Source: Heptranchias perlo
Taxonomy: Eukaryota
Direction: 5' to 3'
Assembly (NCBI RefSeq): GCF_035084215.1
Contig: NC_090339.1
Coordinates: forward strand, 16,616,001 to 16,680,000
DNA length: 64,000 nucleotides
Under the pieces are notes generated by a model. That model did not search any database and was not told where the DNA came from. It saw nothing but the letters and a program-made list of their open reading frames with translations. Position numbers and translations under genes: made by a program. Positions 36,515 to 49,505 of this stretch are shown here, piece after piece. Position 1 is the stretch's first letter, and each line of letters opens with the position of its first letter.

Positions 36515-38120
36515 TTTTATTGTTTGTTCTTGGAATATGGGTCACATTGGTGAAGCCACATTTATTGACCATCCTTAGTTGTCGTGAGATGGTGGTGGTG
36601 GGCCTTCTCCTTAAAATGTGGTAGTCCTTATTATGATAGCACTCCCACACGGTTTTCAGTAAACAATTCCCAGATATTGACCCATCAAGGATTAAGGAAT
36701 TTTAGTATATGTGGGGGAGACGAGGTTAATTTTTTTTTTACACAGCAAGTTGTTATGATCTGAAATGCATTGCCTGGAAGAGTGATGGAAGCAGATTCAA
36801 TAGGGAATTGGATACATACTTGAATACTCCTTCTGTGCTGTATGATTCTTTGATTCTACAGCCAAGTCAGATGGTGGGTGACTTTGAGTGGAACTTGGAG
36901 GTGATGGTGTTCCCATTATACTGTCGCCCTTGTCCTTGGTGGTATCAAAATAACCTTGCTGAGTTGCTGCAGTGCATCCTGTAGATCATACGTACTGTAG
37001 CCACAGTGCTTTTGTCATCGAAGGGTGGGTATGGAGCCCAGTGGTAGGGGCACCAATCAAGTGGGCTGCTCTGTCAAGATTCCCTCGAGCGTCGTTGTGG
37101 CTGCATCCATCCGGCCAGTGGTGAGTATTCCATCACACTCCTGACATCAGTGTTGTGGAGAGGCGTTGAGGGGTCAGGAGATAAGCCACTTGTCATGCGG
37201 TATCCAGCCCCTGCTCTGTTCTTGTAGCCACAACATTCATATAGTGAATCCAGCCAAGCATCTGGTCAACGGTGATCCCTGAGATGTTGATGGTGGGGGA
37301 CTTGGCGATCGTGGTGCTATTGAAGATCAGGGGAGATGGCTAGGTTTCCTTTTGTTTGAGATGGCCTTTCCCTGATACTATGTGGGATGAATTTAACCTG
37401 CCACTTGTGAGCCTAAGTGTGGCTGTTGTTTAACTCCGGCTGTAGGCTGGCATGGGCTGCTTCATTATCAGACAAGTTGTGAATGGAGCGGAAGATTGTA
37501 GAATAGAGAGTAAACAACCCCACTCGTGACCACACAATGGAGGGAAACAGATGAAGATGGATGGACCGAGGACGCTTCCCTAAGGAACTCCTGCAATGAT
37601 ATCCTGGGCTGTGGTGATTGGCCTCCAACAACCACAACCATCTTCCATTATGTCAGGTATGACTCCAGCCACTGAAAGATTTTGTCTGTGAGCCCCATTG
37701 ACAGTTTTGCTATGGTATCATACTTGGTATCAATACTTGGTCGAATGCTGCCTTGATGTCGAGGGCAGCTACTCTCACCTATCCTCTGGCATTCAACTCT
37801 TGTGTCCATGTGTGAATCAAAATTTTGATTAGGACTAGAGCTGAGTGGTTCTGGTGGAACTTGAACTGAACATCGGTGATCAGGTTCCTGGTGAGTGATT
37901 GTCGCTTGATGGCACAATGATTGACTCATTCCATCACTGTACTGATGATTGGCAGGAGGCTGTTAGGCTGATAATTGGCCGACTTAGATTTACCCTGTTT
38001 TATTCTAGACAGGCCCATACCAAATATCCGCATGATACCAGTGTTATAGCTGCCCTGGAACAGCTTGACTAGGGGAACGTCTAGTTCTAGTGTGCAGGTC
38101 TTGAGCACCACAGCTGGGAG
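36515..38120 (-). mobile_element. Older copy of the poly-A LINE family, with a CR1 tail inserted at ~36725-36855
   Basis: QWLESYL and NYQP.SLL motifs. Revcomp homology to 22285-23362. Confidence 0.8.
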
Positions 38121-39199
38121 TAAACTTTGATAGGAATTATAATTTGCTTTTACTCCAAACATTGTATTTTATACCTCTCACTATAAAGGAAACATAGAAG
38201 GAACTGTAAAGCAGAATATTAATGTTTAAAGTTGTATCTAGAATTGAAAGAAAATCTGGTTAAAACAGAGAGGAATGACTTGGTTTAGTTTATATCCTGC
38301 AGTCAGGTAAATGATCTGTACTTTTATACTATAATATGTTTGACTCTTGGGTTCCTGAAAAAAATGTCTATTTTCCAAACAGACGGATTATTCCTATTGT
38401 CGATGGCAGTGTTGGCCTGACCTCAATAGCACCATCTCTGCGGTTAAATAAAAGTAATTATTTTAACCACGCCTGGTTGATTTCCTTGGACAAGAGAGAA
38501 ATGCCTGTGTAGAAATAAAGATAATAAAACACCTGGTTTTGTCATGGGAATTACGGAGGTGTGCTGTGCCCGCCCGATGGCATATGCTCATGAAATTTCT
38601 CAAAACATAAGGCCATCTCTTTGCAAACTAAAAATACTATTATTGCTGACAACATGAATTCAAAACAGATTTTTTTTATATATTCAAAAAACGAAATTTT
38701 GGACCCAATTTTAAAAATATTAGCAGCTTTGCAAATCATTGCTAACATTCCTGACACCTATGTGAGATGTGACATGTTTGTACATGTTCGTACCTCCAGG
38801 GAGTATTTCCTTTTAACTCTGGTGTACCACCAGCTCAATGCTGCTTTCCAAACTCATTTTCAGATCAGCTGTTCAAGGAGCTAAATTATCGCTCCCATAT
38901 TTATAATATTCCAAAGCAATAATTTTCACAATTCAGGTATTGGTTCGAGACCAGTAACCGTTTATAGTGATACAGAGCCGATAATCCTCAGTTATACTGC
39001 CGGCTTCGCATCTATCTCTGGGGAAAAACTGAACTCCCTTCACCAGCATTCAAATATCAGATAAATTCAACATATTTTAAGTTACCGTAAACCCGAGACT
39101 GCTTTACATTGAAACAGAATGTGTAGTTCCTGCTGTCTTGGTTGAGTCTGGTGATTCCATCCGCTGCTTCTCAGGACTGCTGTCTGTTTCATGTGATGG

Positions 39200-39855
39200 C
39201 AACAACAATATCAACTTGCATTTATATAGCGCCTTAACGTAGTAAAACTTTCCAAGGTGCTTCACAGGAGCGTTATCGGACAAAATTTGACACTGAGCCA
39301 CATATGGAGATATTAGGGCCAATAATCAAAAGCTTGGTTAAAGAGGTAGGTTTTGAGGAACGCCTTAAAGGAGGAGAGAAAGGTAGAGAGGCACAGAGGT
39401 CCAGGGAGGGAATTCAAGAGCTTAAGGCCTAGACAGCTGAAGGCACGGCTGCCAATGGTGGAGGGAAGGAAATTGGGATGTACAAGAGGCCAGAATTAGA
39501 GGAACGTAGAGATCTTGGAGGGTTGTAGGGCTGGAGGAGATTACAGAGATGGGGGGGATGGGGGAGTTAGGCCATGGAGGGATTTGAACACAAGGATGAG
39601 AATTTTAAATTTGAGGCGTTGCTGGACTGGGAGCCAAAGTAGGCCAGCAAGCATAGGGGTGATGGGTGAACGGGACTTGGTGCGAGTTAGGATACGGAGA
39701 GCAGATTTTTGGATGAGCTCAAGTTTACGGACGGTGGAAGATGGGAGGCCAGCCAGGAGAGCATGGGAATAGTCGAGTCAAGAGGTAACCAAAGCATGGA
39801 TGAGGGTTTCAGCAGCAGATGAGCTGATGTAGGGGCGGAGATGGGGGATGTTATG
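39200..39855 (-). mobile_element. L2-type LINE 3' part
   Basis: Tail revcomp of GGCGCTATATAAATGCAAGTTG. Homologous to 9853-10185. Confidence 0.88.
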
Positions 39856-39872
39856 AAGGTGAACTAGTTGGA

Positions 39873-41700
39873 CCACCACCATCAACATCCTGGGGGTCAC
39901 CATTGACCAGAAACTTAACTGAACCAGCCATATAAATACTGTGACTGCAAGAGCTGGTCAGAGGCTGGGTATTCTGCGGTGAGTGACTCACCTCCTGACT
40001 CCCCAAAGACTTTCCACCATCTACAAGGCACAAGGCAGGAGTGTGATGGAATACTCTCCACTTGCCTGGATGAGTGCAGCTCCAACAACACTCAAGAAGC
40101 TCGACACCGTCCAGGACAAAGCAGCCCGCTTGATTGGCACCCCATCCACCACCCTAAACATTCACTCCCTTTACCACCGGTGCACAGTAGCTGCAGTGTG
40201 TACCATCCACAGGATGCACTGCAGCAACTTGCCAAGGCTTCTTCGACAGCACCTCCCAAACCCGCGACCTCTACCACCTAGAAGGACAAGAGCAGCAGGC
40301 ACATGGGAACAACACCACCTGCACGTTCCCCTCCAAGTCACACACCATCCCGACTTGGAAATATATCGCCGTTCCTTCATCGTCGCCGGAACTCTCTTCC
40401 TAACAGCACTGTAGGAGAACCTTCACCACACGGACTGCAGCTGTTCAAAAACATCAAAACATAGAAACATGGAAAATAGGAGCAAGAGTAGGCCATTCGG
40501 CCCTTCAGGCCTGCTCCGCCATTCAAAATGATCAAGGCTGATCGTCTAACTCAGTACCCTGTTCCCACTTTTTCCCCATATCCCTTGATCCCTTTAGCAT
40601 TAAGAAATATATCTTTCTCCTTCTTGAATACATCTAATGACTTGGCCTCCATTGCCTTCCGTGGTAGAGAATTCCACAGGTTCACCACCCTCTGAGTGAA
40701 GAAATTTCTCCTCATCTCGGTTCTAAATGGCATACCCCGTATCCTGAGACTGTGACCCCTGGTTCTAGACTCACCAGTGATCGGGAACATTCTCCCTGCA
40801 TCTAGTCTGTCTAGTCCTGTTAGAATTTTATATGTTTCGATGAGATCACCTCTCATTATTCTAAACTCTAGTGAATCTAGGCCTAGTCGACCCAATCTCT
40901 CCTCATACGTCAGTCCTGCCATCCCAGGAATCAGTCTGGTAAACCTTCGTTGCACTCCCTCCATGGCAAGGACATCCTTCCTCAAATAAGGAGACCAAAA
41001 CTGCACACAATACTCCAGATGTGGTCTCATCAAGGCCCTGTACAACTGCAGTAAGACATCCCTGCTCCTGTACTCAAATCCTCTTGCAATGAAGGCCAAC
41101 AAACCATTCGCCTTCCTAACTGCTTGCTGCACCTGAATGCTTGCTTTCAGTGACTGGTGTACAAGGACACCCAGGTCTCGTTGCACCTCCCCTTTTCCCA
41201 ATCTATCACCATTCAGATAATAATCTGCCTTTCTGTTTCTACAACCAAAGTGGATAACCTCACATTTATCCACGTTATACTGCATCTGCCATGTTCTTGC
41301 CCATTCACCCAACTTGTCTAAATCACATTGGAGCCTCTTTGCATCCTCCTCACAGCTCACATTCCACCCCAGCTTTGTGTCATCTGCAAACTTGGAAATG
41401 TTACATTTAGTTCCCTCATCCAAATCATTGATATATATTGTGAATAGCTGGGGCCCAAGCACTGATCCCTGTGGTACCCCACTAGTCACTGCCTGCCACC
41501 CGTAAAAAGACCCATTTATTCCTACTCTCTGTTTCCTGTCTGTCAACCAATTCTCAATCCATGCCAGTATATTCCCCCCAATCCCATGTGCTTTAATTAT
41601 GCACACTAACCTCTTATGTGGGACCACCATCTTCTCAAGGGATGGGCAATAAATGCTGGCCTTGCCAGCGACGCCCATATCCCATAAACAAATTTTTAAA
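39873..41700 (+). mobile_element. Poly-A LINE family 3' part (39873-40447 and 41624-41700) split by a CR1
   Basis: Near-identical to 22675-23350. The 3' end CTTCTCAAGG..GATGGGCAATAAATGCTGGCC resumes after the CR1. Confidence 0.88.
40450..41623 (-). mobile_element. Young CR1 LINE, 5'-truncated, RT C-terminal half without stops
   Basis: VPHKRL, WIENWL, SGVPQGSVLGP, KFADDTK, through to GYGEKVGTGY*. CATAGAAA tail. Confidence 0.96.
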
Positions 41701-41849
41701 AGTTGGAATTAGGCAACAACAGAAAGAGAATACAGCAAATTATAGCATCATCACTCTATAGTGGCTGGTAGAATTAAAGGGGTCGATTTTGAATTTTGGA
41801 CAACCAAGCAATGGAGCATGCTAGCCAGTCACCAAACCCGCGGCGAAGA

Positions 41850-42090
41850 CTGTTATGTTACTAGACCTGTAACCCAGAGGCCTGGACCAATAATCCCGAG
41901 AGTGTGAGTTCAAATCCCACCGCGGCAGTTTGAGAATTTGAATTAAAGAAAATGTTGGTATCAGTAAAAGTGACCATGAAGCTGTCGGATTTTCGTAAAA
42001 ACCCAACTGGTCCTTTAGGGAAGGAAACCTGCCATCTTACCTGGTCTGGCCTGTATGTGACTCCAGTCCCACTCCAACGTGGTTGACTCG
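41850..42090 (+). mobile_element. tRNA-derived SINE 5' part
   Basis: B-box-like GAGTTCAAATCCC at ~41905, body matches 11285-11400. Confidence 0.7.
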
Positions 42091-42365
42091 CCAAATTTGC
42101 ATGCCGCACACTCCAACTATTTCCATCCTAAAATAGCAATTGGGGCCCTAGGACTCTGATTCGATTTTAAAGGGGGCCGACAGCATTTGATGTGCAGTGG
42201 TAGGCCCCTTTCAAAATGTCACTGGCCGCTTCACTGGGATTAACGAGGCGGTATGGTTGCTGACCCCATTTTGAAGCTGCTAACGCCAAGTGAAACGATG
42301 AAATCCACCACAAAGTCTCTTTCCCACAAACACGCCGGAAAAATTTTGCAGGACTGGAAGATAAT

Positions 42366-43040
42366 GGGCCAGAATTTGCTGTCAAAATAATGGTGAGGCT
42401 AATGGCCATCATCGTTATTTATGGTAAATAAATGGTAAAGCAACTTCAGGTGAGGGGCAGATACGCAGTTAAACGCGAATCCAAAAGTTCCTGTCTGAGA
42501 TGCGCCGCTCTGCCGTTAACTTCGCGAAAACGACATCTCGCTGTGACTCACCATTGAAGTGCATTGAATGTCGTGAAGTTGCTGTATTTGCACAGTAGAT
42601 ACGAACTAAACCCACCGCAGATATTTAGGGCTTGTAATTAATAGTGTAAGTACCTTTTTACCGATGTGATAAGTGTTAATTACTGCCAATCAACCTCTCT
42701 AGCAGCGAAAATTAACTATTACAAGTGTGGAGTCTCGTTCCTTCAGGTTTTGAATTTTTCGGGGAGATTATTCTCTCTCTTAATTCAATCTTTCTCTCTC
42801 TTTATTTCTCTTGAACTCACTCTCCTTCTCAGTCTGTCCTGTGTTTATTTCCCAATCCTAAATCTCATTGGTTAAGGAGTTACCCCGTTGGTTGCCCTGT
42901 TCATTCAGGTCCCAGATGCTCTGTTTCCTTTGCTGCCGTTATCAGCTCGCACTTTCAATTTTTTGAGGCTGAAGGGTGCAGGAGCAAGTGTAACTCATGG
43001 CAGATGCCATTAGATGCCCTGCTACAGCAAAATCCAGCCC
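42366..43040. mobile_element. MITE / non-autonomous DNA transposon, probably Harbinger-type
   Basis: GGGCCAGAATTTGCTGT vs revcomp of ACAGCAAAATCCAGCCC, flanks AAT/ATT. Termini resemble element A TIRs. Confidence 0.75.
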
Positions 43041-43369
43041 ATTGTATTGAAGAAACTAATGATGAGTGTCGGCTGGACTTAATTACAACTGGCAAAAAAT
43101 CTAATCCACTGAGGCAGAAATAAAGGCCAAATTGGAAAAGATGTATGGTGACGTGATTGGAAGTATGCAGGGTTATAATTGCTGTTGCCACTGGTGATGA
43201 GCTTATTATTGCACAGATAACAAAAATACCGTGAAGGTGTAACAATGCAAATTAAACAGCTTAACGACCCATTTTGTTGGCAAGTCTGACTAGATTTTCT
43301 CCTGTCATTAACTGACTCAAAATGATTCATTAAACCCTAGTGAGGTGAAAGGTATATTTTAGGAACCTT

Positions 43370-43934
43370 GGGGTTGATTTTATCTTGTTTCGCCTGGCGT
43401 TAGTGGGGTGGTAACGACTTCAAAATGGTGTCGGTAGTCTCACTGCCCCGTTTATGTCGGCGACGCAGCCAGCGACATTTTGGGCGCCCAAAACCCCTGC
43501 TTGTTTCAAGCAGTAAGCCTCTTTTAATATCAAATCCGGGTCCTCGGACTCTGATTGCCATTTTAGCTTCGAACTGGTTGGAGCCTGCCCCTTGCCGCAG
43601 CCCAGCAAAGGTAAGTTTGAAATTCATTTTGTAGGGCCTGGAGGAGCAGGAGTGCTCTTCCAGGCCCGACAAAAGTAATCTAGGCCACTGACCCCACCCC
43701 TTTCTTCCGCAATCGCAACCCCCCTCTTGCACTTACTTTGCTGGTGGCTAAGGCAGCCTGATAAAGGCCAGCCTTAAGAGCTACATCAGGGCGACTGTTT
43801 GGCTCTCCAGTAGCGCACCGGTCCAATGTAAATGAGGCCAGGACCTTAAAATGGCGGCCGCCTCTTCGCCGTGGGTATGGGCGATCGGCCAGTGCGCTCT
43901 GCCAGTTGGTCGCCCATAAGTCAAAATTGACCCC
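43370..43934. mobile_element. MITE, TSD CTT
   Basis: GGGGTTGATTTT ... AAAATTGACCCC with CTT on both flanks. CpG-rich interior. Confidence 0.8.
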
Positions 43935-45142
43935 CTTCAGTTGCATATTTTAGTGAAAGAATTCATGACACAGAAATTGGGCAAATCAGAAAGCCATAAC
44001 TCAGAGCAAGGATAATGCCAAGGCCAGAACTATCCCCTAAAAATTAATAACATTTGACAGAAGCAAAAGATGCACAAGGATGGAGGGGGTGGCTGAATGA
44101 TTGCAAAGAGTGGCCCCATATTTAACATCGATCAAGTGTGAACAAGGGTGGAGCTGTAATTCCACAAAATTATTGACTGCCACGGGATGAAAGGTACCAA
44201 TAATCTTTCATTCCATGAGTGAGAAAAACAACTCGGCCAGCAAATCCTTACATTGTTTTTTTTGTATTTAATGTATTATATTGTGCCATTCACTGTATAA
44301 AAACATCAAATAAGCTTTGAGGACAACTTCCACTCATTGTGCTAAGCATTTACAATTTGTACAAAGGATTGAAAGAAACATATAAATAGAACAGAGCAGT
44401 CAGCACTAAGTGGGCCTTTCATGTGACAATTTTCTGAGGGATCAGATGGAAAGATATTCCCAACAAAACCTGCCTGCTAACTTTTTGATGAGCCTGCTGT
44501 GATATACTGATTTCAGCCAATTCCACTCTCCTCACTCCCTCAATCACACATAATTGATACCTGGAGCTCTGATACTGCTTCCCACGTGCATAACTTTAAA
44601 CCGTCCAATGGTTATTTAACAAATGCCGATCGTCCACTAGAAATTCGATGTGCCACGCCTATTTTTCAGGTGCTAAACGGACACCTAAGTATCCAATATG
44701 GAGGGCAGGGAGCACGTGCTCATTACAAGCTGGAAGTGCGCTGCCCGCCATATTAGTACAGACAAAATATAGGCGTTCAGAGCCCGCGCCTGAAACAGGC
44801 ATTAGGCCCATTCCATAAGCAAATAAAGGGCTAATGCCTGTTTGAGGCCCCTTGTGCAATATTAGGCCATAAGGGGGCCGCTGCAGGCCACCACCAAAAC
44901 AGTGGGGGTTAAATTCGATAACCCCCGAATCCAGGCGCGGGTATCACGTGATTAATCCGCGCCCGGTGCTTCCGATGCAGGCAGCACGTGAGATTCGTGC
45001 TGCCTGATCATCACCATGATCATCACATGCAGCCATGTTGCACGCACCAACAGGAGGCCTGAAATGGGGCATGGCCAGCACTAGTTAAAGGCAGCCTGCA
45101 CCTCTTAAAGGGGAGGTCCACAGTCAATGAAAGCAGTGGAGG

Positions 45143-46998
45143 ATGACAGGAAGGATTGCTGGACCGGCAATAGAGTGCACACCAAGGCTCTTGGACGATG
45201 CACTAGAGGCCCTGGTGGAGGGAGTGAATGAAAGGTGGGCCATCCTGTAACCACAGGTTGGTAGGAGACCCTCCAGACACCAGCTGCATGGGCAGTGGGA
45301 GGGAGTGGCCCAGGAGGTGAACGCCAGGAGCATGGCACCATGCATGTGGGTGCAGTGCCAAAGAAAGTTCAATGATTTGACATGAGTGGTCAAGGTAAGT
45401 GAATGCAAGTGTCAAGTGGCACATCCTACCAACTGCACCACTGCTCCACGCAAAACCCCCCCCTCACCCACCCACCAACACACGCTGCCCATCCATGCAC
45501 AATACTGCACTTGGAATGCTGCATCTCACCCTCGCATAGTGCCACACAACCACCACTCACAGGTCACACACACTGGCAGCTATTCGACCATGACAGGCAT
45601 ATCACCCAGACACCTTGCAGGATACTCACTGACACACTTCCCTCTGTCTTGCAGGAGAAAGTGGCGCATAACTGCCAGCAGCAGGAGAGACCTGAGGGAG
45701 GACAGGCACGCCTACAGGTCCTTACCCCTCTGGAGGAGATGGTGCTGCAGATCATTGGCCTGGCCATCATTGCGGCCGTGGCCACTGGCGGCGCTGGAGG
45801 TCCCGATGAAAGGGGTCTCTGCATTTCTAATCCTCCTTTTCATTTCCCACATCTCCCTCATCCCACAATCTTTTCTGATGCACGTGCTGCAGATGGTGCC
45901 AGTACACATGTCTTACTCGCTCCTATCCCCACTCCACAACACAACCCGTCTCCCTACATTGCAGGTACCCAAGAGCTGGAGCCGGCACTGTCCGACGAGG
46001 AGGAGGAGGGGGACTCTGAAGCCATACCGTCATTTGATCTGACACTCGCATCCACCAGGTCAGATGCTGACACTGCGCGTCCTTTAGAGGATAGGTTCGA
46101 GGAGGGATCTGCACGTAGTGAGACACCGGGCACAAGTGCGCAGGAGCCTAGGTGGGGGGGGGGGGGGGGAACAGATACCACAGATGCCAGCTCACCGGAG
46201 GGTGAGGTCGCTCAACGTTCTGCTGCTGAGGAGTCAGATGATGACTTCGATGGGCCAGGCTACAGAAGACGGCTGATGGGTGTACACCACCACAGTGCTT
46301 AGTGCACTGGAAAGCCTGTCAGAAAGCTTGCACACGATGTCAGGGAGCATGGAGGAGTCCACCTCGAACTTGGCACAGGGCTTTGCGGAGAGTTTGGAAC
46401 CCTTTTCTACATGGAACGGACGGTCACCTCCATCAGCACACTTGTGGAATTCACCATGATGCAGCATCTGATGACCAGTCGCGGCTTCCATTGCAGCACA
46501 AACCGATGTCATCAAAGGTCTGCAAGCTTTGGTTGAAGCTCAGACTGCTGCAATGGCAGCTCAGACTGATGCTATTGTGGCTTTGGGTACCACTGTGGAA
46601 CAGGGCAGTCCGTTCTCCAGCTGATCACCATGAGAGCTGAGGCGCCGCCCCGTGTGAGTGGCAGTGGCGCCATGGCAGTCGAGCCTGCTGTCCTGTGTCC
46701 GGATGACAGCATTCCTGCTTCCACCCCTGCCACTCCTCCAGTGCCCTTGCCGTTGCCTATAAGCAAGCCAGGCCGGACTCTTGCAGCCCATGCTGAGATG
46801 GTGCAGTCTGAAGCCGGTCCCTCTCGGCCGAGAACTGCTCGAGGTCGTCCTCCACGGCCATCTGCACGCTCCTCCATTGAAGGTCAGCAGCCTCCCACCA
46901 CCCACGCTCCAGCCACTGGGAATTCACCTCGTAGGAGCACTAGGATAGGTAAAGGCACACAAACAACAGGCACTAAGGGAACACACAAGGTTGAATAG
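45143..46998 (+). pseudogene. Myb/SANT-like gene of element B (decayed, spliced)
   Basis: PR..DDALEALVEGV...WEGVAQEVNARSMAPC.WVQC.RKFNDLT*VVK, donor GTAAGT after 45394. Acceptor CTTGCAG, exon from 45655 EKVAHNCQQQERPEGGQ. Ser/Pro/basic C-terminus to 46998. Contains stops and frameshifts. Confidence 0.8.
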
Positions 46999-47195
46999 TC
47001 TCATTTTGTTTGCATCATTTCATGTGTTCATTCATAAATGTGAATTTAAATTTGCATTTGGTGGTGATTTTTATTTCTGCGATGAGCTGAGGGAGGAAGC
47101 AATGTGTAATCATATGGAGGGTGATTTGATGGTCATGTGGGAGAGGACGGGTGGGGAGTGTACAACTGTTGGCGACTTGGGAGATGTTGTTCACG

Positions 47196-48062
47196 TTATT
47201 GATATCGCTCACGGATCAGGTGAGCATGCCGAGCCCTGGCAGACAGGGCCAGTGTTCCTTGTTGCCCCCTTGCATCTTCCTCCACATTCCTCTCCGTCTC
47301 CTCCCCCTCATCCTCAGCCTCCTCTGGCTCAGGGTCTTGCCAGATAATCGATGGCAAGGGCTGTTTCTTCTTAATGGTGAGGTTGTGCATCATGCAGCAT
47401 CCCACAATGAATCTTGACACCCACTCAGCAAAGTACTGCAGGGCTCCACCAGAACGGTCCAGGCAGTGGAAGTGTTGCTTTAGGACGCCTATGGTATGCT
47501 CAATGACATTGCTTGTGGCAGCATGGCTGAGATGACATGTGGAGCACGCATGGCAATAAGCATGCAGTCAATGGCACCCTGCACCATGGGGAAGCCTGCA
47601 ATGTGAGCAAACTCTTATGCTCGCTCGTTCTACTTCTCTCTTTCAAGAGGGAACGTGATGAACCTGTTGCACATCTCGTATGGTGCTTCCATAACTTCCC
47701 TTTTGCAACAGTGCACTGCACATTGTGAGATGTTGCACAGCTCGCCAGCAGAGGCTTGAAAGGATCCAGAGCTATTGAAGTTCAATGGCACGAATACCTT
47801 CATAGCCTCAGGCAATGCTGTCCTTGCCCTGTTCTGAGGCTGTAGTTGTGGCTGCAGCAGGTGACAGATCTCTGTCATGACCTCTTTGGTGATCCTCGCT
47901 CATCTGGAGGTAAGAATATTGTTCCCTGAAGGCCCTCATGGGATATGGCCTCCTGCTCCTCCTCCTCCTCCCTCTCCTTGCAGTTTGACCTGGTCTGCGT
48001 GGTCTTTCAGCATGCTCCCAGTCATGTTCTATGCCGAGTGGGAGCCCTAGCAGACCACCCAT
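47196..48062 (-). pseudogene. Harbinger transposase of element B (frameshifted, internally deleted)
   Basis: MGGLLGLPL...RRPYP, LNFNSSGSFQASAG, AGFPMVQGAIDC, then jumps to H.ATS...[14 protein letters not shown] and GCCMMHN. The NRKG..GD segment is missing. Confidence 0.85.
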
Positions 48063-48123
48063 GGTTGCCAGGAATCTTGTTCAAACACTGTTGTAAATTA
48101 CACCAGCTGTAAGGCAGTACCTG

Positions 48124-48165
48124 TCAAATATACTATAGCAACTCTCAAATATACTATAGCAACTC
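48124..48165 (+). repeat. 21-bp perfect tandem duplication TCAAATATACTATAGCAACTC x2
   Basis: Read directly from the sequence. Confidence 0.9.
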
Positions 48166-49279
48166 TCTGTAAGTATAGGAAGCTTCAACAAACACGTCCT
48201 ATTCTGCCAGCAGTCAGAAGTAATAATCTAGCAACTAACCTGCAACACCTGCATGATCCCTTTAAATAGCGCTGTTGGGGGTTCCTTCAGGCTGTCTAAG
48301 ACATGTTCAGGTGTTCGTGGTTAAGACAATGTGTTGAGTGGAGAGTTAAGTGCCAAAATGGGGTCTATCACTTTAAATCAGCGTTGCACACTGATCTAAT
48401 GCATATTCTCCCTTCTTTATGTGCTGCCGGCATTTGTTATCTACGCTGCGTGAAACCCTTTACCAAGATGGCGTCTGGCACATGTAATGCTAGAAGAGTG
48501 CGCATGCATTCCAGACGCCCTTTTGGAACCCACATAGCACCGAAGGAACAGGTGCTACACGGCTCAATTTCTAGCCTGGTGTGCGTTTAAAAAATACTTG
48601 CTGAACGTGGATCCCAGAGGTCCAGGAGTGCTCCTCCTAGCTCCACCACGGGCCGCTATCGGCCGCCACTCTCCCCCTTCCTGATGTCCTGATTGCCCCT
48701 ATCCCGGTGTCGCGATCGCCCCCCTTCTGATCGTCATCCTCTTCCAGTTGCCCTCCTCCCGTACGCCTTCCCTTCTCTTTTAACCACTTGCCTGGGGACG
48801 GCCAGCAGGTGTTCACAGCTGGCTGGTCTCATTTAAATCAGGCAGGAGGCCCAATATTTGGTGGGCCTTGGGCTTACCCGTTCAGGTGCAGGGGCCGCTC
48901 CCTTGCGTCCAGTTCACGTAGGCAGGCGCGAACGGATTTCTAAGCCAATGCTTCTTAAGATACAAACATTAATTCAATATTATGAAAAAATGGTCCAAAA
49001 TTCCAATGATCCTGTTGCGCCATCATAAGAGAAGTGGGATGGGGCAGGACTTACGGTTGCCATGACATTGTAGCAGTAGATCCACTGTAAATTGCGAGGT
49101 CAGATCACTTACATAGTGAGAGGCATACAGGCTGTGCAAATCCAATCTGCAACATCTCACATATATTGAGGGGGCGGAAATCTCACAAAGAACCAGAACC
49201 AAAAGTTAGGCCCAAATGTGTCCCGAATGGTTGGCAGTGGGATGGCGGGCAGGCAGAAAATAGTGGACTCTCATGAGCT

Positions 49280-49505
49280 CCTCTTCCTTCAAAATAGTGC
49301 CATGGGATCTTTTACAACCACCTGAGAGGGCAGACGGGTCATCGGTTTAATGTCCCATCCAAAAGACAGCACCTCTGACAGTGCAGCACTCCCTCAGTAC
49401 TGCACTGAAGTGTCAGCCTAGATTTTGTGCTCAAGTCTCTGGAGTGGAACTTGAACTCACAACCTTCGAACACTGGAAGCGAGAGTGCTACCAACAGAGC
49501 CACAG
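49280..49505 (-). mobile_element. Deu-type SINE 5' half
   Basis: Deu-type core plus tRNA-like head (revcomp GTGGCTCTGTTGGTAGCACTCTCGC...GTTCAAGTTCCACTCC). Confidence 0.8.

Larger units (their letters stand above)
44904..48577 (+). mobile_element. PIF/Harbinger transposon, decayed autonomous-type copy (element B)
   Basis: Ends GGGGGTTAAATTCG ... GGCTCAATTTCTAGCCT, flanks AGT/GGT. Myb-like gene on +, transposase on -. Both ends are homologous to the ends of the 3484-5251 element. Confidence 0.85.
44635..48946. mobile_element. MITE-like element split by element B (pieces 44635-44903 and 48578-48946)
   Basis: Ends CACTAGAAATTCG and CGGATTTCTAAGCC (revcomp GGCTTAGAAATCCG). GC/CpG-rich non-coding halves lie on either side of B. 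Confidence 0.55.

Noticed and set aside
38551-38640. Host coding exon on the minus strand
   Set aside because: No frame gives a recognisable protein, the donor is weak and no partner exons were found
40551-41678. 375-aa ORF as a complete RT gene
   Set aside because: The first ~18 codons come from the antisense 3' tail of the host LINE. The CR1 itself is 5'-truncated, with no endonuclease or promoter.
45403-46302. 299-aa ORF as a standalone gene
   Set aside because: It reads through Myb introns of element B. Only parts are exon-derived and exon 1 has stops.
49440-49505. tRNA gene
   Set aside because: The A/B-box-like sequence continues directly into a SINE core, so it is a SINE head. The same applies at ~41870, 52100 and 53800.
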